Part shown: one piece after another, positions 9,086 to 19,476 of the stretch
How positions within the stretch are numbered: the stretch's first letter is position 1
How the letters are laid out: each line of letters opens with the position of its first letter
Assembly: GCA_051117555.1 (NCBI GenBank)
Contig: JBNPEG010000242.1
Location: 1 to 29,598, forward strand
Direction: 5' to 3'
DNA from: Elainellaceae cyanobacterium
GTDB taxonomy: Bacteria; Cyanobacteriota; Cyanobacteriia; CAZCXK01
Length of the DNA stretch: 29,598 nucleotides
Notes under the pieces: generated by a model
Databases searched by the model: none
Seen by the model: the letters and a program-made list of their open reading frames with translations, nothing else
Told to the model about the DNA's origin: nothing
Position numbers and translations under genes: made by a program

Positions 9086-9817
9086 ATGACTTACAGCCTG
9101 AGAATGGCAGATTTGCCTTCGAGCGAGCGTCCACGCGAGAGATTGCTCAACCACGGAGCTAAAACTCTCTCGACTGCCGAATTACTAGCGATTCTCATCG
9201 GCACCGGACAGGGGGCAGGAAAGCTTTCTGCCGTGGGATTGGGACAATATATTTTGCAAAAGATTGGAGAGCATCAGCGCGATCCGCTTGCCGTACTGCG
9301 AGACATCACGCCCTATGAACTCATGCAAATACCCGGAATTGGAGAAGCTAAAGCGACCAGTATTTTGGCGGCAATTGAGCTCGGCAAGCGCGTGCTTCAT
9401 ACTCGACCGCTCGATCCGATCACGATCGATGATCCGTCGGTAGCCGCGGCTATTCTCAGTACCGAATTGATGTGGCAATCTCAGGAACGCTTCGCCGTCC
9501 TATTTCTAGATATTAAGCATCGTGTTCTAGGACGGCAAATTATTACCATTGGCACCGCCACAGAAACATTGGCTCATCCTCGCGATATTTTTCGAGAAGT
9601 CATTCGCCAAGGAGCAACTCGCTTTATCGTGGCGCACAATCATCCATCTGGAAATGTTGAACCGAGCACCGAGGATCTCACCCTAACTCGCCAACTCCTG
9701 ACAGGATCTCAATTTCTCGGTATTCCCTTGCTCGATCACCTCATATTAGGAGATGGAAATCATTCGAGTTTGCGTCAACTGACGTCCCTCTGGGATGAAT
9801 TTTCTCACGCGGAATAG
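9086..9817 (+). CDS. radC: RadC family protein (JAB domain)
   Basis: [21 protein letters not shown], Hh[30 protein letters not shown]. Confidence 0.95.
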   Translation: MTYSLRMADLPSSERPRERLLNHGAKTLSTAELLAILIGTGQGAGKLSAVGLGQYILQKIGEHQRDPLAVLRDITPYELMQIPGIGEAKATSILAAIELGKRVLHTRPLDPITIDDPSVAAAILSTELMWQSQERFAVLFLDIKHRVLGRQIITIGTATETLAHPRDIFREVIRQGATRFIVAHNHPSGNVEPSTEDLTLTRQLLTGSQFLGIPLLDHLILGDGNHSSLRQLTSLWDEFSHAE

Positions 9818-9938
9818 CTCTGACCTGTTTCTAGATTAAGTAGGTCGGCACATTAAAGTATCAACTGGTGGCTGTTAGCAAGTAGCGTTCAGCTAAAAGC
9901 AGTCAGCAATTAGCGATTAATTTTGACCTTATAGATGG

Positions 9939-9967
9939 TTGCAGAGCGCCTCATCCTGACTTATACT
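9939..9967 (+). promoter_or_regulatory. Sigma70-type promoter for the STAS gene
   Basis: TTGCAG (9939-9944), 17-bp spacer, TATACT (9962-9967). Confidence 0.6.
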
Positions 9968-10015
9968 GTAGCCTCCACTGACATATGGCACATTTTAGTT
10001 TTGGAGGAGGGGGCT

Positions 10016-10378
10016 ATTCCTGAGCCACTAACCCTGACCGTTAGCTTGAGGGGCACTCGCGAAGTCAGGGAAAAATATCAGCTATTTCGCCTTGCCGGAT
10101 TGTTGGATGCCTTTTCTGAGCCCACATTTCGCAAGGTACTCGACAAACTCATTGATGAAGGTCCATCAAATATCATTTTGGATCTCTCTCAAATTGATTT
10201 TGTCGACAGTTCTGGATTAGGTGCCCTAGTTCAGCTTGTCAAAAAAGCTCAAAATTCTGGAGGGACGCTACAAGTCGTCACAAATCCTCGAGTCACTCAA
10301 ACTGTCAAATTAGTTCGGCTAGAGAAATTTTTGTCGATGCAAACCTCGGTCGAAGACGCAATCAATAATGTCAAATAG
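10016..10378 (+). CDS. STAS-domain anti-sigma factor antagonist (probable ATT start)
   Basis: ILDLSQIDFVDSSGLGALV STAS motif; GGAGGAGG at 10003-10010 precedes in-frame ATT at 10016. Confidence 0.88.
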   Translation: MPEPLTLTVSLRGTREVREKYQLFRLAGLLDAFSEPTFRKVLDKLIDEGPSNIILDLSQIDFVDSSGLGALVQLVKKAQNSGGTLQVVTNPRVTQTVKLVRLEKFLSMQTSVEDAINNVK

Positions 10379-10740
10379 ACCTTAGGTGTGGCGGATTTCT
10401 GCGGAATCTACGGAAGATTGTCTCCCTGAGCATCTGTCGGCTTGGGGGCGACATTTTTATGTATATCAATTAATATTGAGTGAGTGTCTAAGACGCAACC
10501 CTCATGCGAGTTCTTAGAGGCCGTAAAGAAACAACTTCGCGGTTTGATTGAGCCGTAGGGTGCTGTATAGCCTTTCAGGCATGGCTACGCTAAAGCGTTG
10601 GCATAACGCACCACCATGAGGTTATTTTTTAACAAGCCCTTAGGTTAGACCGTCCGATGAGGTCTATGCTGTTATAATTTCCATTTGCTAGATTTCGGAA
10701 ATCAGATTGCAAGTTTGGTAAATGTTTGATTCGTTAATTA

Positions 10741-11199
10741 TTGCCCAATCCATTGTTATTTGCAGATCATTGGCTGCTTTCTATTAAATCCTCGTTAGAG
10801 CCCGGAGACGTTCGATGCCTTTCCCCGTCAGCTCTTGCTTATGTTGGAGATGCGGTATACGAACTATATGTTCGGACGCATTATTTATTTCCGCCAAAGC
10901 GTTCTCAGTCGTATCACAATCAGGTCGTCACTCATGTTCGCGCTGAAAGTCAGGCTCAGCAACTGAGAGTCCTTGAGCCCTATTTAAACAATCATGAGCG
11001 AGAATTACTCAAGAAAGGGCGGAATGCGACCCTGAAGCGTCCTAAGCGTCTGAGCTTAGGAATTTACCAGCAAGCATCGAGTTTAGAAACATTGATTGGA
11101 TACTTGTTTTTAACTGATCCCAGTCGATTAGCTGAGTTGTTCTCCAGGTTGGAGCTTGATGAAATCCCACCCACAACTGACACCTCATCGAACGAGTAA
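10741..11199 (+). CDS. mrnC: Mini-ribonuclease III
   Basis: ALAYVGDAVYELYVR, VRAESQA, KGRNA, YQQASSLETLIGYL; upstream of rlmB; start uncertain. Confidence 0.9.
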   Translation: MPNPLLFADHWLLSIKSSLEPGDVRCLSPSALAYVGDAVYELYVRTHYLFPPKRSQSYHNQVVTHVRAESQAQQLRVLEPYLNNHERELLKKGRNATLKRPKRLSLGIYQQASSLETLIGYLFLTDPSRLAELFSRLELDEIPPTTDTSSNE

Positions 11200-11329
11200 G
11201 CTCAGTAATCTCTGACCAATATCTGACAAATCTCTGACAAATAATTGATGAAATGCCTAGGCGATCGCGTATGGGATGTGAGCATGCGTGTGAGCTAGTC
11301 AATGATTATGTATCCCGAGGTGCCACATC

Positions 11330-12346
11330 ATGGCTACAAGAAAATATCAATCTAACTCAAACGATTCGTCTCCAAACAATCCATCATCTCGAAAGCCCTC
11401 TCGCCGTGACGGGTCTAATGACCGTAAGCCAAAGTTAAAGCGCAAGATCAAGACATCTCGACCTGCTTCACTGTCTCCTGACAAGTCTCAGCGGATGAAT
11501 CGCAACGCGCCTGTCAACGCGCCTGTCAAAGACCGCGAGCGAGACAGCACGCATCAGGCTCCATCAGTTTCGGAAGCGGTAGATAATGATTTAATCTACG
11601 GTCGCCATTCGGTTTTGGCAGCGCTTCAAGGCCAGCGTCCGCTTAATCGAATCTGGATTCTTAGCAAGCTTCGCTATGATCCCCGATTTCATGCTCTCGT
11701 GAACCAGGCGAAGGCAGATGGAACGGTCGTGGATGAGGTAGATTATCGGCGGTTAGATCAACTCACTCAAGCTGCTATTCATCAGGGAGTGGTCGCTCAA
11801 GTCACACCATATGCATACACCGAATTAGGAGATCTGATTGATCGAGCTAAAGCGATCGCAGAGCAGCCTGTTCTAATCGCAGCAGACAGCATCACCGATC
11901 CACATAATTTAGGCGCTATCATTCGCACGGCAGAAGCCCTGGGTGCTCAAGGGCTGGTGATCCCGCAGCGCCGAGCGGTGGGGATCACCTCAACCGTGGC
12001 TAAAGTTGCAGCGGGGGCGCTAGAAACATTTCCTGTAGCGCGGGTTGTCAATCTTAGTCAAGCCTTGGAAGAGTTAAAAAAGGCTGGATTTTGGATTTAC
12101 GGTGCAGCAGCAAATGGGAGTAGCCCAATTCATAGTGTTCAGTTTGATGGCCCCGTCGTTATCGTCATCGGGTCTGAAGGAGACGGGTTGAGCTTATTGA
12201 CTCAACGGTCCTGCGATGCCTTGGTTTCAGTACCTCTCAAAGGGCATACTCCCAGTCTCAATGCTTCGGTAGCAGCAGGAATGGTCTTATATGAGGTATA
12301 TCGTCAACGGTGGACAAACACTCTTCATCTGGACGGTTTACAATAA
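11330..12346 (+). CDS. rlmB: 23S rRNA (Gm2251) 2'-O-methyltransferase RlmB
   Basis: [44 protein letters not shown] motifs. Confidence 0.95.
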   Translation: MATRKYQSNSNDSSPNNPSSRKPSRRDGSNDRKPKLKRKIKTSRPASLSPDKSQRMNRNAPVNAPVKDRERDSTHQAPSVSEAVDNDLIYGRHSVLAALQGQRPLNRIWILSKLRYDPRFHALVNQAKADGTVVDEVDYRRLDQLTQAAIHQGVVAQVTPYAYTELGDLIDRAKAIAEQPVLIAADSITDPHNLGAIIRTAEALGAQGLVIPQRRAVGITSTVAKVAAGALETFPVARVVNLSQALEELKKAGFWIYGAAANGSSPIHSVQFDGPVVIVIGSEGDGLSLLTQRSCDALVSVPLKGHTPSLNASVAAGMVLYEVYRQRWTNTLHLDGLQ

Positions 12347-12457
12347 ATGAGCAAAACAGTATAAAGAAACTTGAATCTTCCCAAACGTAATTTAAGAACT
12401 AGTAGTTGATAGCTATCAGCGTCGGCAAAACGTTAGCAGGGACATTTAGCAGGGATC

Positions 12458-12742
12458 ATGAAAGAACTTTGGATCAATTTACTAGAAACCCTTGGCTTGG
12501 CATGGTGGATCGAGATCGTTACGGAATCCCCAAACTGCACATACTATTTTGGACCGTTTGCTAGTAGCCAGGATGCCGAATCAGCAAAGGCTGGCTATAT
12601 CCAAGATTTGGAAGGTGAGGGGGCTCAGGGAATTAGAGTGTCTATTGATCGGCACAACCCTGATGATTTGACTATCTATGAGGACGGTGGGGAATCAGGA
12701 GGGCAAAGCCGCCCTTTTCCGGCCTTTAGCGGACAGCTATAG
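12458..12742 (+). CDS. DUF1816 family protein
   Basis: AWWIEIVTESPNCTYYFGPF...GYIQDLEGEGA; usual position after cyanobacterial rlmB. Confidence 0.9.
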   Translation: MKELWINLLETLGLAWWIEIVTESPNCTYYFGPFASSQDAESAKAGYIQDLEGEGAQGIRVSIDRHNPDDLTIYEDGGESGGQSRPFPAFSGQL

Positions 12743-12820
12743 TTTGCTCGCCTGATTGAGTGGTTTGATGGGCTTGGTGAGAGGGATTGATTGAGGTTCC
12801 TCTGCTAGGCTTTGAGTTCT

Positions 12821-13696
12821 TCAATCGGTAGCGATCGCCCTAACGTGCCCGTCTAATGTCCAGTGGGTTTCAAGCCAGTCATCGATGTCGGTCAAGACGC
12901 GATGCGGGATTTCCCACGGAAATAAGTGAGCAGTGTTGGGATAGCAATGCCACTGGGCGTTGAGATATTGGGCTGTTTCTAAACTTGCCTCAGCAGTGAT
13001 GTGGCGATCGCGCTCTCCCATTAGCATTAGGCATGGACACTGAATCGCAGCTAAATCAGGCAGGCGGTTATATCCTTGCTGAATAGCGATCCGCAGAGCC
13101 TGGGATGCCGCCTGAGATGTTTGAAGATAGGCGGGCAAACCCTCATGAGCGAGGCGTTGATAGACAAACGGGGTGTGTTGCTGGATGAGATATCGATAGA
13201 GCGATCGCTTGCCGAATGCATCAATATTCCATTGCCAACCGGGGTTTAGCCTATTCAAGATTGAAGAAATTCCTGTGTACACATTGTCTTGCCAACTGAC
13301 AGGTGGATGATTGCTTCGAGGGCGCGCCGCAGTCGCAATCAGAATTAATCCACTCACCCGATGCGGGTATCTCAGTGCCAATTCGATTGCCAGGATGCCG
13401 CCTAGAGACCATCCCAAAACGAGACAGCGATCGAGATGTTGAGCTTTGCAGAGTGCATCTAGATCGTCGAGGTGATCATCCATTGAAAAGGGGTGACGGG
13501 CGCGACTTTTTCCATATCCTCTCAGGTCTGGAGCAATCGTCTTAAATCGCTGACTTAGATGTTGAGTAAACACAGACATACTTGCCCCTGAGCCAGGATG
13601 ACCATGGAGACAAAGCATGGGAATTCCATTCCCTTGAATCTCAGCTACAAGAGGAACACTATTGGAAGTCAAGTCTGGGAGACAGGATTGAGTCAT
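12821..13696 (-). CDS. Alpha/beta fold hydrolase
   Basis: LHGHPG, PDLRGYG, GWSLGG nucleophile elbow, GERD, AHLFPWE. Confidence 0.93.
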   Translation of the reverse strand: MTQSCLPDLTSNSVPLVAEIQGNGIPMLCLHGHPGSGASMSVFTQHLSQRFKTIAPDLRGYGKSRARHPFSMDDHLDDLDALCKAQHLDRCLVLGWSLGGILAIELALRYPHRVSGLILIATAARPRSNHPPVSWQDNVYTGISSILNRLNPGWQWNIDAFGKRSLYRYLIQQHTPFVYQRLAHEGLPAYLQTSQAASQALRIAIQQGYNRLPDLAAIQCPCLMLMGERDRHITAEASLETAQYLNAQWHCYPNTAHLFPWEIPHRVLTDIDDWLETHWTLDGHVRAIATD

Positions 13697-13871
13697 TCAA
13701 ACGGAATCACAAAAAGACAGCTAACGCTCACTATAGCTTCGAATCAGGACATGTTGATTGGTTGACTTGCTGGCTGACTCATCTCTCATCGGCACAACCT
13801 ATGAGTACAACAAATTTTTCCATCTGTGTAGCTACAGACTTTAACCTGTCAATGTGGAGCAGTGCATTAAT

Positions 13872-16079
13872 TTATTCTTCGAGGACTTCGAGGGAGGAGA
13901 ATTCGGGAGCAGAGAGCACAAACATCGTCGTTGGTAGTCCGTCTGTCCACGCTTGGAGCTTGTCGTAGTATTCTGCAAAGTTTTCGTCTGGTGTTGCCAT
14001 ACCTAGAAAAATGATATCTGCATCCTGCGACGACTCGTGCAAAATCTCCTTAAAGGATCGTTCATGGGCGATTAAAACCTGCGGAATCGCTCCAATGCGC
14101 AATGACTGGTTCATTCGATCGAGATTGGTCTGGGCTTGTTGAGCCGCTAATTCGTCTGAAACAACTAGCTTTAAATAAATTTCGGCACGTCGCCAGTTGA
14201 TATTAGAACGGAGCAAATATGCCAAAATCAGCATCAAGCCGCCGTTAGCATGTAAGCCTCCCCACCACACGTCAATTTGACGACGTTGATCATCCCCTTT
14301 CAGAGGATTCTCACGGAGGATTAACACATTGCGCTGGGCCCGATGCAGTTGGGTAATTAGCTGACAGTAGCGATCGCGACTCTCGGGATTTTCTGTATTA
14401 CCCAGCAAGATTGTGTCGGGCATCATTGGCCCCAAACCATAAATTTCAACGAGCCGTCGCGCCCCTTCAAATGGGTCTGGTGCAGTGAGCAGCCGTACCA
14501 ACGCTTGGATGCCTCGCCGTTTCAGATAGGTTTGAATGGTTTCTTCCATATCCCCTTGACGGGTCATATTTCGAGAACCGCTCGGAAGGATACTGGCTAT
14601 TGTGAATAATCCCCGATTTTGTGTCAGCGCGTCTGCAAGTTCAATCAATAGCCAGCGACGAGTTGGAGTTCCAGAGAGAACGAGCATATGAGGGCGCCAG
14701 TGCTTGGAATCTTCCTGATGCCCCAACTGAAAAAGGCTGGTGCGCATCATCATCATCCAGACTCCTCGTCGCACATCTCCCCATGTAGTCTGCAATTCTC
14801 GACGCTGAAGCCAGAAATAAATCGCCAGCACGATAATGCCTGCTGCGATTGTGGCGATTGGATTGATGAGAAACATCACTGCTAGACACCCGATTGCCCC
14901 AAGCAGCGCTAATGACCAGTGCACTCGAAACAGGGGACGAAATGATGGGCTTTGCAAAAAGCCTTCAATCCCGGCTGAAACGTTTAAGACGAGATATGTG
15001 GTCAGAAAAAACATCGTCAGCACGGGGGCGATCAGATTTAAGTCTCCGATGTATACGGCTGCAATGACAATACCCAGCGTAACCGCGGTGCCAATGCGGG
15101 GTTCATCATTTGCTCCGCTGCCTTTTCCTAAAAATGACAGCCAAGAGGGTAAGACTCCATCTCGTGCCAAGGCTTGCAAGACACGGGGCGCACCTAAAAT
15201 GCTGCCTAAGGCGCTAGAGAGAGTCGATCCCCAAACTCCTAGAAGAATAGCGGGTCCCCAAAGCGCAATTTGCTGCATGACTAGTGGTTCTTCGATCAGG
15301 GTTGTTGCATCGGCTCGATTTGCCAAAATAATAGGCAACACCATATATACGACATAGCCCGTACCTACCGCCGCTAGGGTTCCTGTAGGAATAGCACGAA
15401 TCGGGTCACGCAAATCTCCAGACATATTGACCCCTGCCATGATCCCGGTCACGGCTGGAAAGAAAACCGCAAATACTTGCCAAAATGATTCGCCGCTCGG
15501 AGCCCCCCAAGGTTCAATCTGGGTGCCTTCAATGGGGCTGCCAAACGCGAGCGAAATCAATGAAAGAACGATCGCCGCTATGATGAAATACTGGGCGCGA
15601 ATTGCAATTTTTGCAGAGGTGATTGCCAAAATAGCGACACCAATCGTGGTAATGAGGGCGACGTAGAGCTGGTTTAGACCTCCAAATGCTTCGACTACGC
15701 TTTCTGCAAACCCAATCGTATATAGCGCAACCGAAAGCGCCTGAGCAAAATAGAGTGGAATGCCGACGGCCCCACCCGTTTCGATGCCCAAGGATCGACT
15801 AATCATGTAATAAGCGCCGCCAATGCGAACAACTCGATCAGTGGCGATCGCAGAAATGGAAAGAGCCGTCAATAGAGTGATGAGTGTGGAAAGCGTCACA
15901 ATCATCAAGGTGCCAAACAATCCGACGTTTCCAACCACCCATCCAAATCGCAGATACATGATCACGCCTAGGATGGTCAGAATCGAAGGGGTGAAGACTC
16001 CACCAAAGGTTCCTAATCCTGACGCTTCGGCTGGCGTAACGGGGTTTTGTGGCGGGGATGACTGTCCAAAAAATTTCAT
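13872..16079 (-). CDS. Cation-chloride cotransporter (SLC12/NKCC-like, APC superfamily)
   Basis: LGTFGGVFTPSILTILGVIMYLRFGWVVG, GGAYYMISRSLG, FAVFFPAVTGIMAG, WRPHMLV, IDVWW. Confidence 0.9.
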   Translation of the reverse strand: MKFFGQSSPPQNPVTPAEASGLGTFGGVFTPSILTILGVIMYLRFGWVVGNVGLFGTLMIVTLSTLITLLTALSISAIATDRVVRIGGAYYMISRSLGIETGGAVGIPLYFAQALSVALYTIGFAESVVEAFGGLNQLYVALITTIGVAILAITSAKIAIRAQYFIIAAIVLSLISLAFGSPIEGTQIEPWGAPSGESFWQVFAVFFPAVTGIMAGVNMSGDLRDPIRAIPTGTLAAVGTGYVVYMVLPIILANRADATTLIEEPLVMQQIALWGPAILLGVWGSTLSSALGSILGAPRVLQALARDGVLPSWLSFLGKGSGANDEPRIGTAVTLGIVIAAVYIGDLNLIAPVLTMFFLTTYLVLNVSAGIEGFLQSPSFRPLFRVHWSLALLGAIGCLAVMFLINPIATIAAGIIVLAIYFWLQRRELQTTWGDVRRGVWMMMMRTSLFQLGHQEDSKHWRPHMLVLSGTPTRRWLLIELADALTQNRGLFTIASILPSGSRNMTRQGDMEETIQTYLKRRGIQALVRLLTAPDPFEGARRLVEIYGLGPMMPDTILLGNTENPESRDRYCQLITQLHRAQRNVLILRENPLKGDDQRRQIDVWWGGLHANGGLMLILAYLLRSNINWRRAEIYLKLVVSDELAAQQAQTNLDRMNQSLRIGAIPQVLIAHERSFKEILHESSQDADIIFLGMATPDENFAEYYDKLQAWTDGLPTTMFVLSAPEFSSLEVLEE

Positions 16080-16309
16080 AGTGACTCGCGATTAGATGCC
16101 TCATTAGGCCGTGTTAAAGCAGTCGGTCAACTCAATGACAAGGGCTATTAAGGCACAATAATCCTTTCAGAGACATCCATTCATCCAATCTCAAATCCAT
16201 GGTGTCTCACGAATAGTCAAAAGCTGCGCTCTATCCCTATCACAATTGCATCAAAGCATGTATCCACTTGCAGGATGATTCTAGTGCGAATTCCATCTCA
16301 TGAGTGTTA

Positions 16310-18331
16310 TCATTGAAATTCTTTGCTCCAGGCAGGGAGAATCTTGCCCTGCTTGCGCCCAAACAGCTTCACTCGGCTGACGTTAGGTAGATTGACCAAG
16401 TTTAATTCGCTGCGGACTAAAAGAGTCATCATTTCTATATCCGGTATGGCGTCTGCCTCAAATACAATTTGCAAACAATCCTTGTTTTGGGAGACTGATG
16501 CATATACGCCCATCAGGCGCAAGGCTCGATTAATGCGAGCGTTTAGTCGATTGGCTGCCATATCGTTGGGTCGCGCGTCGGCCTTAACTGAGGTTCTTGC
16601 TGATGGGGTTAGAAACACACTGTACCGGTTAGGGTTTTGAGGCGTGGTGACCGAAACAGGCATGGGAGATAGGGGTTTGCGCGAGGCAGATCTGTTGGAA
16701 TTGGAGCAGTCCGATCGCGGTCGGTCGGGCGAGTCAGCTTGGCTGGGTAGCGACGATTCCACTGATTGGGTGATGGGTGTCATGGGTGCTGCTGTTGGTG
16801 CATCCCGCTGAGGCGATCGCCCGTAGTAGTCGTCAATCACGTTGTTGACATCGTCAGGAAGAATCATCGTCAGTTTTTCATCCGTTAGCGTTGCAACAGC
16901 CGCCAATCGGTTTGCCTGCTTTTCGACGATCCTTTCAAAAATATTACGGACTAATCGACCGTTGCCAAAGGTGCGATCGCGCTCATGATAAAGATGCGTT
17001 AGCAACTGGTGAAGTATTGCGCTGGCCTCATCCGTCATGCGGAAATGGCTATCCTGGCAGAACTTGGCAAAAATTAGCAGCAAGTCATCTGGGGTGTAGT
17101 CATCGAAATAAATATATCGATTGAAGCGCGATTTTAAGCCAGGGTTTGATTCGATAAAACTCTGCATTTCATCGGTGTAGCCGGCTACGATGACGACGAC
17201 GCGATCGCGATGGTCTTCCATTCGCTTCAGCAAAACATTGATCGCCTCCTGCCCAAAATCATGACTAAGTGCCCCGTGCGGCTTGAGTGCATATGCTTCG
17301 TCAATAAACAGCACGCCATCCAAGGCCGATTTCACCAACTCATCGACTTTTTCTGATGTCTGTCCCACATATCCGGCAACCATCCCGACGCGATCGGTTT
17401 CAACCAAATGCCCCTTCTGAAGAAATCCCAGCATTTTGTAAATCTTGCCGACCAAGCGCGCCACGGTCGTCTTTCCCGTTCCCGGTGGGCCACAAAATAC
17501 CGAATGGAGCGAAACTGGGGTTCGTGCCAGACCCCGTTGCGATCGCAACTGCTGCACCTTGAGAAAATTGGCTAGCGTTCTCACCTGTTCTTTGACATGA
17601 TCCATGCCGATGAGTTGATTTAACTCACTTAAGACGGCTTCTGCATTTTGAATATGTGATGACGTTGCGAAGGTAAACCGCTCTTCCATTGTATTGACGA
17701 CCTGGCAATCAGATATTCGGGATTGCTGATGGGTGTGTAGCATTTCCCAAACAAGCGCTAACGCTTCGATTTCGCCGGGAGTGACTCGATTGTCGATTTT
17801 GACGATGACCTGAGCAAATCGATAGAAGGCGTTAATGACTCGTTCAAATACGTTTGTCCCATACCGTTCATCGATTTGATTGAGAATGGAGGGCAATTCA
17901 AGATGCTGAAGTTCGTCGTCCGATTTGTTGTCAGTCAGCTTCAATAAAATAGCGAGAACTTGCTTTTCATAGGAGCATTGGGTTTTGGCAGAATTTCCCC
18001 ATTGATTAACGACGGTGTTCCAGGTATTCGAATCGTCTTTAACTAGGGTGTAGACGATGAGATAGGCGAGGAGTTGATTCGTTCCTAGCTGACTGTTTGC
18101 GCGCCCACACAGCCTGACAATAGTTGCTAGATCGCTGAGCACCCAATCCTCAAATTCTCGACCTCGCGATAGCAACGGAGCGACAGAGTCATAGAGTAAG
18201 TTGGCTTCTCGCTTAATCTCCTTACTATTCACGGCGTTTTCTCCAAGGACTCGCTCATTAACATAGGAATAGACGGATTCAAAAAGCACCCCCATTGCGT
18301 TTAGTGGCGACGCCCAATCCAGCCAAGCCAT
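16310..18331 (-). CDS. AAA ATPase, CbbX/SpoVK family, with N- and C-terminal extra domains
   Basis: Walker [15 protein letters not shown], Walker [26 protein letters not shown]. Confidence 0.9.
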   Translation of the reverse strand: MAWLDWASPLNAMGVLFESVYSYVNERVLGENAVNSKEIKREANLLYDSVAPLLSRGREFEDWVLSDLATIVRLCGRANSQLGTNQLLAYLIVYTLVKDDSNTWNTVVNQWGNSAKTQCSYEKQVLAILLKLTDNKSDDELQHLELPSILNQIDERYGTNVFERVINAFYRFAQVIVKIDNRVTPGEIEALALVWEMLHTHQQSRISDCQVVNTMEERFTFATSSHIQNAEAVLSELNQLIGMDHVKEQVRTLANFLKVQQLRSQRGLARTPVSLHSVFCGPPGTGKTTVARLVGKIYKMLGFLQKGHLVETDRVGMVAGYVGQTSEKVDELVKSALDGVLFIDEAYALKPHGALSHDFGQEAINVLLKRMEDHRDRVVVIVAGYTDEMQSFIESNPGLKSRFNRYIYFDDYTPDDLLLIFAKFCQDSHFRMTDEASAILHQLLTHLYHERDRTFGNGRLVRNIFERIVEKQANRLAAVATLTDEKLTMILPDDVNNVIDDYYGRSPQRDAPTAAPMTPITQSVESSLPSQADSPDRPRSDCSNSNRSASRKPLSPMPVSVTTPQNPNRYSVFLTPSARTSVKADARPNDMAANRLNARINRALRLMGVYASVSQNKDCLQIVFEADAIPDIEMMTLLVRSELNLVNLPNVSRVKLFGRKQGKILPAWSKEFQ

Positions 18332-18651
18332 CGGGCTAGAAACATGGAGAGCATTCCGAATGAGTCATTCAGAAATTGCTTCACTGCATTCGCTATGCCT
18401 AAATAGGTGAGCCGAATTGAAAAAATAAGACCTATACAAGTTGAGTTGAGGTGCGTATAGCCCAAGGGGCATTCAAGAAAGGCGCAGCCTTGCCGAAGGC
18501 AATAACCTAACGCCTAGAGGGGTTACGCGATCGCTAATCCATCAATCCTTTTATAACTGCCGTTCAACTATTCATCACAATTTCCCACTCATCTGGGTGA
18601 TAACAGAGCCCTTTATTTGACAATTTAGAAAATGCCTTTGAAGAAACGCTT

Positions 18652-19476
18652 ATGACATCTTCCAGTTCTCGGTTTGATCAAAATTTTGCCCGACAGATTG
18701 TGACCCTAGCGTCCATCATCAGCACGTTTGCTGTAAATGCGCTATCTAATGTCGTCCCTATCAATGGGCTCACCATTGGTGAAATATCCAACTCAGAATT
18801 TGGCGGGGTGATGATCATTCCTGCCAATTATGCGTTTGCAATTTGGGGCCTGATTTATCTCGGTCTGTTTGCGTTTGGAGCCTATCAAGTGAGCCCTGCA
18901 CAGCGAGAAAATCCGCGATTGCAGCGAGGCGGATATTGGCTGGCGATCGCCTGTTTGGTTCAGATTGTGTGGGTTTTTCTGTTTCTCAATCGACTATTTT
19001 GGCTATCCGTTGTAGCGATGATAGGCATCTTGCTGTCACTGATTCGCTATTATATGCGGCTCGGGATTGGTGCCGAAAAAGTGTCTCGTCGCGATCGCGG
19101 GCTGATTGATGTGCCGATTAGCATCTATCTCGGCTGGATCTCCGTTGCCACAGTCGTCAATGTTGCGAGTGCGCTCTACAGCGTGAACTGGGCAGGATGG
19201 GGAATAAGCGAGACGGCATGGACGATGATTATGCTGCTAGTGACAACGGCGATCGCCGCTGTGATCGCCATTCGACGCGTGGACATTCCGTACATATGCG
19301 TGATCATCTGGGCATTTGTGGCGATCGCGGTGCGTCAATCCGACACGATTCCGATTGCGGTAACGGCGATCGCCACCTCTGTCATCCTCGCGCTTATCGT
19401 TTTGATTCGTCGGTTTATGACCAATCAAACTACTAAAACGAGGCAAATGAGCGCCAATAGACCCGAAATCAAATAA
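18652..19476 (+). CDS. TspO/MBR-related tryptophan-rich sensory membrane protein
   Basis: PANYAFAIWGLIY and SIYLGWISVATVVN motifs; many hydrophobic helices. Confidence 0.82.
   Translation: MTSSSSRFDQNFARQIVTLASIISTFAVNALSNVVPINGLTIGEISNSEFGGVMIIPANYAFAIWGLIYLGLFAFGAYQVSPAQRENPRLQRGGYWLAIACLVQIVWVFLFLNRLFWLSVVAMIGILLSLIRYYMRLGIGAEKVSRRDRGLIDVPISIYLGWISVATVVNVASALYSVNWAGWGISETAWTMIMLLVTTAIAAVIAIRRVDIPYICVIIWAFVAIAVRQSDTIPIAVTAIATSVILALIVLIRRFMTNQTTKTRQMSANRPEIK

Noticed and set aside
9935..10015. N-terminal extension of the STAS protein from ATG 9935
   Set aside because: It overlaps the predicted promoter and has no Shine-Dalgarno; a better SD lies at 10003-10010
11503..11526. 12-bp tandem duplication in rlmB (NAPV x2)
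   Set aside because: In-frame slippage in a low-complexity N-terminal extension; no sign of function
14641..16104. Alternate-frame and antisense ORFs inside the cotransporter (likewise inside ppsA, crtD, mraY and the AAA gene)
   Set aside because: Shadow ORFs of well-supported genes
16310..18331. Rubisco activase cbbX
   Set aside because: Much longer than CbbX and no rbc genes nearby; only the AAA core is similar
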